Below, piece after piece: positions 1 to 5,659 of a stretch of DNA of 5,659 nucleotides. A program made the position numbers and the translations under genes. Numbering within the stretch: position 1 is the first letter of the stretch; each line of letters starts with the position of its first letter. Origin of the DNA: Candidatus Aenigmatarchaeota archaeon (GTDB lineage Archaea > Aenigmatarchaeota > Aenigmatarchaeia > Aenigmatarchaeales > JACQIB01); the NCBI GenBank assembly GCA_046760225.1, contig JBHIDR010000039.1, positions 1 to 5,659 on the forward strand, given 5' to 3'. The notes beneath the pieces are model-generated. The model was not told where the DNA came from, ran no database searches, and saw only the letters and a program-made list of their open reading frames with translations.

Positions 1-22
1 ATTTAAGTACAATTCTGATTTC

Positions 23-30
23 TTTATATT
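23..30 (+). promoter_or_regulatory. Probable archaeal TATA box for porB (leaderless-type spacing)
   Basis: TTTATATT at 23-30, about 20-27 nt upstream of the ATG at 50; no SD motif between them. Confidence 0.5.
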
Positions 31-49
31 CCAGAGACAAAATATTACT

Positions 50-940
50 ATGCTGATAAAGAGCATAAGGGAGGTTCCTGAGGAACATCTTGTGACAGGT
101 GGCCATGGCCTTTGCGCTGGCTGCGGACCGAGCATAGGCCTGAAGCTCGCACTGGCAGTGCTGGGGAAAAACACTTTCGTGATTAATTCTGCTGGCTGCT
201 TCACCCTGCAGCCAACATATCCTTATACGCCATTCAAGGTGCCATGGATACATCTTGCAATAGAGAACGGGGGTGCTGCTGCTGTTGGCATATGCTCTGC
301 GCTGAAGGCCCTGAAGAAAAAAGCAACCGTGCTTGCGTACATTGGTGACGGCGCAACCTATGACATAGGCCTTCAGTCCCTGAGCAATGCGCTTGAGCAT
401 GGTCATGATTTCATCTATATCTGCTATGACAACCAGAACTTTGCGAACACAGGACATCAGATGGATTCAGCAACACCAAAGCTCACATGGACAGAGACAA
501 CACCAAAGGGAAACCCGTTCTGGAGAAAGCCCATAAACAAGATAGTGGCAGCGCACGGCATACCATATGTTGCAACAGCAAGTGTAGGCTTTCCTGTTGA
601 TTACATAAACAAGCTGGAAAAGGCAAAGCGCATAAGGGGACCGAAATTCATTAACCTGCTGAGTCCGTGCCAGCCTGGATGGAAGGTTGACCCCTCACTG
701 ACAGTTGAGGCAGGCAAGCTTGCTGTTGAATGCGGTGCATGGCCGCTGTATGAGATTGAGGACGGGAAGTTCAGGCTGACCTACAAGCCGGAGAAGCTAA
801 AGCCAGTAAAGGAGTACTTGAAGATTCAGGGAAGGTACAGGCACCTCAAAGAAAAGGACATAAGAAAAATACAGGAATGGGTAAACGAGGAGTGGAGGCA
901 GCTTTCAGCAGGAAATTTCTGGGAGGCAAGGGAATACTAG
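50..940 (+). CDS. porB: Pyruvate/2-ketoisovalerate:ferredoxin oxidoreductase beta subunit (TPP-binding)
   Basis: 296 aa; GHGLCAGCG, SAGC and SPCQPGW supply the [4Fe-4S] cysteines; TPP-binding motif GDGATYDIGLQSL...YDNQNFANTGHQ; C-terminal PVKEYLKIQGRYRHL typical of PorB. Confidence 0.93.
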   Translation: MLIKSIREVPEEHLVTGGHGLCAGCGPSIGLKLALAVLGKNTFVINSAGCFTLQPTYPYTPFKVPWIHLAIENGGAAAVGICSALKALKKKATVLAYIGDGATYDIGLQSLSNALEHGHDFIYICYDNQNFANTGHQMDSATPKLTWTETTPKGNPFWRKPINKIVAAHGIPYVATASVGFPVDYINKLEKAKRIRGPKFINLLSPCQPGWKVDPSLTVEAGKLAVECGAWPLYEIEDGKFRLTYKPEKLKPVKEYLKIQGRYRHLKEKDIRKIQEWVNEEWRQLSAGNFWEAREY

Positions 941-1983
941 TTCAGGGGCGTGAACTCAAAGTCCCATGCATCATCTATGGGGTATTCCTCAACAACACCT
1001 ACCTTCAACTTTGTTTTCCTGGCTATGCTCCTGGCAATCGCCTCAGATGTCTGCATCCTTTTTCTTAGTTTATTGTAAGAGAACATTCTTGCTGGTACTT
1101 TCAGCCTCTTCATCTCCTTTTCTGTTTGTTTTTTTGTTCCAAGCACAACGCCCTTGAGCAGGAAGCCGTCCTTGGTTACCTTTTCAAACGGCTTCTTGAT
1201 GTTCCTTGCCCTGTTTGCCAGCCTGTTCCTGAGCTGGTGGTCCAGCTTGAGTCTGGCTGTGCAGAAATGAACATTAAGATTTTTCGCATTCCCTGCAGCA
1301 TACCTGAGGACAGACAGGGCTGTGTTCCTGCTTCCCCTGACAGCTGTGAGTGAGCCTGATGACAGGACCATTCCAAGCTTTTTCATTGGCTCGACATTCC
1401 TTTCAGAGAACTCCAGCTCGTTCAGGTTAAGGAACTTTGCACCTGCTGCATCCAGCCAGTCGGCCAGTCTGCACAGCTGTTTTTTCCTGCCCGGTATCAC
1501 AGGCACCTCCATGCCAACATCCCAGTCGAACTTGAGTGCTTCCTTGACAAGCTCCTGGTTTGTATGTATCCTGATTTCATCAAGTCCTGCCTCATAAAGC
1601 TTCTTCAGCGCCTTACCATCTATTGTGCCGTTGGTATAGAGGTGAAGGTGAAAATCCTTTCCAAACCTTTTCTTCAGAATCCTTATCAGCCTTGCTGTGC
1701 GTGCCAGCCTTGTCAGCGGCTCGCCCCCTGTCATGCCTGCGCCGGTTGAACCGCTCTTTCTTATCTCGCTGATCAGTTGCCTGGTGTTTTTTATTCGTGC
1801 CTCGTTTGCCCATACCTCATCCTTCTGCCACCTTTTCTTTGAGATCGAACAGTACCAGCAGTTCAGGTTGCATATGCCTGTGACAAAGACCACGGTCTTC
1901 CTTCCTTTTATGCAGGGTCTGCAGCCCTTGGGCAGGGTGCCGAGTGCAAAGGATTCACCGGATGTTCTTGAAATCTTTCGCAT
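937..1983 (-). CDS. Radical SAM protein, COG2108-like archaeal family (function unknown)
   Basis: LPKGCRPCIKGRKTVVFVTGICNLNCWYC (CxxxCxxC plus upstream CxxC), TGGEP, HLYTNG, LDEIRIH, FLNLNELEFS, VHFCT. ATG at 1983 preferred over the TTG at 2001 in the ORF track. Stop overlaps the porB stop in CTAG (937-940). Confidence 0.88.
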   Translation of the reverse strand: MRKISRTSGESFALGTLPKGCRPCIKGRKTVVFVTGICNLNCWYCSISKKRWQKDEVWANEARIKNTRQLISEIRKSGSTGAGMTGGEPLTRLARTARLIRILKKRFGKDFHLHLYTNGTIDGKALKKLYEAGLDEIRIHTNQELVKEALKFDWDVGMEVPVIPGRKKQLCRLADWLDAAGAKFLNLNELEFSERNVEPMKKLGMVLSSGSLTAVRGSRNTALSVLRYAAGNAKNLNVHFCTARLKLDHQLRNRLANRARNIKKPFEKVTKDGFLLKGVVLGTKKQTEKEMKRLKVPARMFSYNKLRKRMQTSEAIARSIARKTKLKVGVVEEYPIDDAWDFEFTPLN

Positions 1984-2015
1984 GAAAGAAATAGAGAGCA
2001 ATAACTCTTAAGTGT

Positions 2016-2053
2016 TAAAAAAGAGAAGGAAACGTGCAAGCGGGTGCTTGCAC
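2016..2053 (-). terminator. Hairpin plus U-rich tract downstream of the lysine-rich micro-gene
   Basis: Perfect 8-bp stem GTGCAAGC (2034-2041) / GCTTGCAC (2046-2053), 4-nt loop, followed on the minus strand by GTTTCCTTTCTCTTTTTT. Confidence 0.65.
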
Positions 2054-2076
2054 CCCAAATGAAAAGCGAAATGGTT

Positions 2077-2133
2077 CTATTTCTTCTTCTTCTTTGCTTT
2101 CTTCTTTCCCTTCTTTGCTTTCTTTTTGGCCAT
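2077..2133 (-). CDS. 18-aa lysine-rich micro-protein MAKKKAKKGKKKAKKKKK (not in ORF track)
   Basis: ATG at 2133 to TAG at 2079-2077; 13 of 18 residues are Lys with mixed AAA/AAG codons; GGTGA SD at 2143-2139, 5 nt before the ATG; own upstream TATA and downstream terminator. Confidence 0.75.
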   Translation of the reverse strand: MAKKKAKKGKKKAKKKKK

Positions 2134-2200
2134 TTTTTTCACCAATGATAAATCTTTTAAGCAAAAATATTTTTTGCCCTAAGAAATATTTTCCATAAGT

Positions 2201-2210
2201 TATATATAAA
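2201..2210 (-). promoter_or_regulatory. Probable TATA box for the lysine-rich micro-gene
   Basis: TTTATATATA on the minus strand (2210-2201), implying a start near 2180 and a roughly 45-50 nt leader containing the SD. Confidence 0.55.
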
Positions 2211-2243
2211 TGTATCGCAAAAAAATTCTAAAGAAAAAAACAA

Positions 2244-3408
2244 TCAAAGCATCCAAAACTGTCCTGGCTTTTTCTTCAGGGCTGCCTTTCCGATGCCTTC
2301 GAGATTCTTTTTGCTTATGTGTTCCCCGCCAAGCGAGACAATGAAGTCAAAAACGTTTTTTTCAGGTACAACAGACTTGATTTCAGGATAAAGAATGCCT
2401 CCTGCTCCGGGCGCCAGACTGTTGCTGATGACTGCAACTGCTTTGCAGTTTCCAAGTGCCTGTGAAATCTCCTTTTTTGGGAGCGGCCGTAGGCACCTCA
2501 GCTGGAGAAGCCCGGCCTTTACCTTCTTTTTTCTTAGGGAGTCCACAACAGCCTGAAGTGTTGTGCACATTGCTCCGAGGGCAACATACACGATGTCCGC
2601 ATCCTGTGTTTTATATTTTTCCACAACAGCATACTTCCTTCCAAACCTCTTGTTAAATTCACTGAAGATTTTGGGCATGAGCTGAAGGGCATTTAAGTGA
2701 GCCTTGTGCACCTGTGAACGGAATTTCATATAGCCTTCCATTACAGGGACGCCCATTGATATGGGCCTGTTCGCATCAAGCGATGTAACAGGCTTGTAGG
2801 GTGGTAGGAAGAGGTCGACCTGCTTTTGTTCAGGAACTTCTGTTGGCTCCCTTGTGAAGCTGAGTATGAAACCGTCCATGTTTACAATCGCTGGAAGAAG
2901 AACCTTGCTGTGTTCTGCAATCCTGAAGGAGAGTATTATGCTGTCAAGGACCTCTTGGTTGTTCTTGGCAAACAGCATTATCCAGCCTGAGTTGCGCAGG
3001 GCCATTATGTCATTGTGGTCGCTCCATAATGTTATTGGGGCTGAGAGACCACGCGAGCAGTTTGCCATCACAAGCGGCATCCTCATACCGCTGGCCACAT
3101 AGTGCATCTCGTGCATCAGCATCAGTCCCTGGGAGGAAGAAGCAGTGAATGTCCTTGCACCTGTTGCCTGGCTTGCTATTGCTGCAGATAGCACAGAGTG
3201 CTCTGATTCAACTGGCACGAACTCGCCATTCCATTTGCCTTCGGCCTTCCATTTTGCAAGGACCTCTATTATCTCGGTTTCCGCTAATCAGAGCCTAACT
3301 CGAGATTAATTGCGGTGTGATTGGGAAATTTGGAACAACCTGGGCCCTTGCCAGCCTTGCTCCCCATGCTGCTGCCTTGTTGCCGTCCATGAGCGTTTTT
3401 GCAGCCAT
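2244..3408 (-). CDS. porA: Pyruvate/2-ketoisovalerate:ferredoxin oxidoreductase alpha subunit, split into exon 1 (3408-3310, 33 aa) and exon 2 (3278-2244, 344 aa); 377 aa when joined
   Basis: Exon 1 reads MAAKTLMDGNKAAAWGARLARAQVVPNFPITPQ. Exon 2 continues TEIIEVLAKWKAEGKWNGEFVPVESEHS...GARTFTASSSQGLMLMHE...SRGLSAPITLWSDHND...DGFILS, in frame with the 324-aa ORF in the track, which lacks the real N-terminus. Confidence 0.92.
3279..3309 (-). other. 31-nt putative archaeal mRNA intron with a relaxed bulge-helix-bulge (BHL/HBh') motif
   Basis: Sense sequence TTAATCTCGAGTTAGGCTCTGATTAGCGGAA lies between codons Q33 and T34, shifts the frame and has an in-frame TAG (3297-3295). Fold: CCGC/GCGG 4-bp central helix, 3-nt bulges AA^U and AA^A, intron stem UAAUC/GAUUA plus GAGU/GCUC. 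Cutting after the second nt of each bulge gives CCG CAA ACC GAG (PQTE). Confidence 0.8.
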
Positions 3409-3420
3409 AACTAAATACTT

Positions 3421-3441
3421 GAAAACTATAAATATAAAAAA
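3421..3441. promoter_or_regulatory. Overlapping bidirectional TATA elements for porA (-) and the LAGLIDADG gene (+)
   Basis: gaaaacTATAAATATAAAAA: TATAAATA at 3427-3434 is 24-31 nt upstream of ATG 3458 with a purine-rich BRE-like GAAAAC. On the minus strand TTTATA at 3438-3433 is 25-30 nt upstream of the porA ATG at 3408. Confidence 0.6.
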
Positions 3442-3457
3442 CCATAAATGACATTAT

Positions 3458-4585
3458 ATGTATTTACGAAAATTATCAAATTTAACCAGAAAATACAATA
3501 TTCCAGAAGAATTTATTGTTCCAACTTACAGATACATTAAATCTCATTCTAAAAGGAGAAAGGACTTTGAAAAAAACTTCTTTAAGAGATTTTCAAAAAC
3601 GAAGAGGCAAAGAAGGTTTACATCAAAAAGAATATTGATCAAAAATAAAAGACATCCTGTTGAATTTGCAAGACTTAGGATGCATATAAGAGGCGACGGG
3701 GGTATAAGCAAAAGTGGATATGTATTTTATTACAATTCGGATAAGGCCTTGCTTAATGAATTTATAAACGATTCAAAAAAGGTATTTAAGAATACAAATG
3801 TTTGCATAGTTGGTGACAAGGTTTATCTTTCTAGGAATGTTTCAAGATTTTTTATAGAAAAATGTGGCTATATACCTGGATTAGAAATAACGCATAACTT
3901 GGGTGTAGATTTGGACATATTGAAATGTAATAAAATAATAAAATCTCAGGCAATACGTGCGTATTTTGACGATGAAGCGAGGTTTCATTCTAATGCTATT
4001 GAGATAGTCAGAACAAGAGACATGGGGTTTTTACCTGGGGATACATTGAAGAAGGCTATACAAAACCCGCGAAAATATCATAAATATGCTCCCAGATTCT
4101 TACATGATTTAAGGAGCATGTTAAAAGACCTGGAAATAGATACAGGTCTTCCGTTCGTTTACAAGGGAGACTTATTGATGCATGTTGATGTATACGGGTT
4201 CTTAAGACTGTCTGTTCCATGGAGGTTCTTAATAACAGGAGAAAGTAATTTAAGAAGGTATTACGAATTGGTAGGTTTTAAAAGTGAAAAAAAGATGAAA
4301 ATGCTTGGAGATTATCTGAGAAATATAAAGGTTCATAAAGCGAGAAAAAACAAATCAATAAAGCTTGCTATCAAAAATTGTAAGGATTTACAATCTAGAA
4401 GAGGTTTTATAACCGTAAGTTACCTTGCTGAATTTTCTAATAGAAGTGTAAGGCATTCTAGGAGGTGGATATACAAACTACTAGAGTTAAATAAAATAAA
4501 ACTCATTCAAGGTAGGACTGTATATCAGGACAATAAAGGTAGGATGTATAAAGGGTCGGACGAATTCAAATACAAATTGTGCTAA
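3458..4585 (+). CDS. Free-standing double-motif LAGLIDADG (DOD) homing endonuclease-like protein with C-terminal winged HTH
   Basis: 375 aa; motif 1 FARLRMHIRGDGGI (D80), motif 2 AIRAYFDDEARF (D171-E173), block-H-like RYYELVGFKSEKK (V272-F274); C-terminal GFITVSYLAEFSNRSVRHSRRWIYKLLELNKIK resembles a wHTH; no Hint splicing blocks. Sampled 60-nt lines are 25-37% GC versus 52-55% in porA. Confidence 0.82.
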   Translation: MYLRKLSNLTRKYNIPEEFIVPTYRYIKSHSKRRKDFEKNFFKRFSKTKRQRRFTSKRILIKNKRHPVEFARLRMHIRGDGGISKSGYVFYYNSDKALLNEFINDSKKVFKNTNVCIVGDKVYLSRNVSRFFIEKCGYIPGLEITHNLGVDLDILKCNKIIKSQAIRAYFDDEARFHSNAIEIVRTRDMGFLPGDTLKKAIQNPRKYHKYAPRFLHDLRSMLKDLEIDTGLPFVYKGDLLMHVDVYGFLRLSVPWRFLITGESNLRRYYELVGFKSEKKMKMLGDYLRNIKVHKARKNKSIKLAIKNCKDLQSRRGFITVSYLAEFSNRSVRHSRRWIYKLLELNKIKLIQGRTVYQDNKGRMYKGSDEFKYKLC

Positions 4586-4924
4586 TTAAGACTTCCTCCT
4601 GAATTCCTTTTTCACGTCCCTAATCTTGTCAATTGCCTTGACAGGGCAGTTTGCCCAGCAAAGGCCACAGCCCTTGCACATGTTGAAATCGAAAACAGGC
4701 TTGCCGACACTCTTTGCATCTGGAAAGGGCTTTTCCTTTTTCCATTTTATGGCCGAGTCAGGACAGAAAGCAAAGCATATTTTGCATGATATGCACTTGC
4801 TGTAATTTATTTTTGGCCTGAAAACCCTCCAGCCTCCCATATACTTTTTTGAGGAATTGCCTGCTTCAGCCACAAAGGGGATACCCTTTACATCCTCATA
4901 CTTTAGTTTCTTTTCCTCCTTCAT
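4586..4924 (-). CDS. porD: Oxidoreductase delta subunit (2x[4Fe-4S] ferredoxin-like)
   Basis: GGWRVFRP motif, CISCKICFAFCPD and CKGCGLCWANCP; start overlaps the porG stop (ATGA, 4924-4921). Confidence 0.92.
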   Translation of the reverse strand: MKEEKKLKYEDVKGIPFVAEAGNSSKKYMGGWRVFRPKINYSKCISCKICFAFCPDSAIKWKKEKPFPDAKSVGKPVFDFNMCKGCGLCWANCPVKAIDKIRDVKKEFRRKS

Positions 4925-5469
4925 CCGACCATCTCATAACATCTTTTTGCTGCCTCAATATTCTTTGGTATGGCCTCGGGGTGGCCTGCCTCTGTAAGCT
5001 CTATTCTTATGGCCTCTTCGAGCTTTTTGAAATCCATACCGAGAATTTTCACAGCAGCTCCCATGAGTGCTGCATTTGCAATGGGCTTTCCTATTAACTC
5101 AAGTGCAACCTCTGTTGCATCTATTGCATAGGCCTTGTTTCTTATCCTGAATTTTTTTCTGAAGAACGATGCTGGATTGGGGCTGTTCAGGAGAATAAAC
5201 GAGTTCCTCTTCAGCCCTTTCAACATCTTCTTGAAGTCCAATGTCTCATCGAATATTATTATGGTATCTGGCTCAAAAACATAGCCGCGCTCGAGCACGA
5301 TCTTTCTATCGCTTCGTACAAAGGATACTACAGGGGCTCCCCTCCTTTCAGCCCCGTACATTGCAAAATTCTGCGTATAGAAACCGGAAAGGAAATATGC
5401 GCGTGCAAGAAAGTTGGAAGACATCTTTATGCCCTGCCCGCCCCTGCCATGTATACGTACCTCAAACAT
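4921..5469 (-). CDS. porG: Oxidoreductase gamma subunit (PorG/PorC)
   Basis: EVRIHGRGGQG, YGAERRGAPVVSFVR, IDATEVALELIGKPIANAALMGA, NIEAAKRCYE. Confidence 0.93.
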   Translation of the reverse strand: MFEVRIHGRGGQGIKMSSNFLARAYFLSGFYTQNFAMYGAERRGAPVVSFVRSDRKIVLERGYVFEPDTIIIFDETLDFKKMLKGLKRNSFILLNSPNPASFFRKKFRIRNKAYAIDATEVALELIGKPIANAALMGAAVKILGMDFKKLEEAIRIELTEAGHPEAIPKNIEAAKRCYEMVG

Positions 5470-5501
5470 GATATATTAATATGCAGGCTGAATAAAAAAG
5501 C

Positions 5502-5659
5502 TTACTTGATTATTCTTATGTCAGCTGCCCAACAGCCCTCTGCTGTACAGAATACAGGGTTGATGTCGATTTCCTTTATCTTCTTCCTTATGACAAACCT
5601 GCTGAGCTTTGATACCATGTCATAAAGTGCCTTGAAATTTATTGGTTTGGCTCCCCTCA
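5502..5659 (-). CDS. 3' end (partial) of an ADP-forming acetyl-CoA synthetase beta subunit / ATP-grasp domain
   Basis: Frame from 5657 reads RGAKPINFKALYDMVSKLSRFVIRKKIKEIDINPVFCTAEGCWAADIRIIK*, matching the RG..P...L...LS...EIDINP...G..A.D.RI C-terminal signature; stop TAA at 5504-5502. Confidence 0.8.
   Translation of the reverse strand, partial: RGAKPINFKALYDMVSKLSRFVIRKKIKEIDINPVFCTAEGCWAADIRIIK

Noticed and set aside
877..2011. Short ORFs overlapping the radical SAM gene (877, 966, 1126, 1176, 1322, 1564, 1613, 1697)
   Set aside because: Shadow frames of a well-supported gene, with no recognisable motifs.
2080..2127. TTC/TTT-rich tract as a microsatellite or terminator
   Set aside because: Better explained as the antisense of lysine codons in the 18-aa ORF with start, stop and SD.
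2244..3218. 324-aa ORF starting at GTG 3218 as the complete porA
   Set aside because: It lacks the conserved GNxAAA and PITP motifs, which are present upstream in another frame (3408-3310); the frame is open back to 3278.
3279..3309. Group I or group II intron, CRISPR repeat or MITE
   Set aside because: Far too short for a ribozyme core, single copy in the window, and the flanking AA ambiguity is explained by the two bulges.
2244..3408. porA as a simple frameshifted pseudogene or programmed frameshift
   Set aside because: There is no other lesion, the partner subunits are intact, and the insert has exact BHB cut geometry. A ribosomal frameshift would leave about 10 extra residues in the active-site motif. 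Not fully excluded without RNA data.
3458..4585. Intein, or intron-encoded endonuclease
   Set aside because: No N-terminal Cys/Ser block or C-terminal His-Asn; it has its own start and stop, is antisense to the por genes and lies outside the 31-nt insert.
3403..4593. Weak pairing between cassette ends on the minus-strand RNA (AGUCUUAAUUAG 4593-4582 with UUAGUUAUGGCU 3414-3403) as a terminal inverted repeat or large BHB intron
   Set aside because: Only 8 Watson-Crick pairs plus 3 G-U in AT-rich sequence; no bulge-helix-bulge geometry and no target-site duplication seen.
2383..5471. Short ORFs at 2383-2568, 2456-2656, 2854-3102, 4849-5097 and 5241-5471
   Set aside because: They overlap porA, porD or porG in alternate or antisense frames and show no protein-family signatures.

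Overview
Archaeal window (leaderless-style TATA promoters, GGTGA Shine-Dalgarno; DPANN-like origin is inference only). It holds a rearranged 2-oxoacid:ferredoxin oxidoreductase cluster: porG-porD and porA on the minus strand, porB separate and convergent on the plus strand. It also holds the 3' end of an ADP-forming acetyl-CoA synthetase beta subunit/domain, a COG2108-like radical SAM gene and an unannotated 18-aa lysine-rich micro-gene. Main finding: porA is interrupted inside its conserved PITPQ^TE motif by a 31-nt insertion (3279-3309). The insertion folds into a bulge-helix-bulge-like motif whose predicted splicing-endonuclease cuts remove exactly those 31 nt and restore a 377-aa PorA, so it is a candidate archaeal mRNA mini-intron. 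About 150 bp away, a low-GC free-standing double-motif LAGLIDADG endonuclease with a C-terminal winged HTH is inserted antisense between porD and porA. Together they suggest a 'collaborative homing' pair of a BHB mini-intron and a free-standing homing endonuclease in a central metabolic gene.
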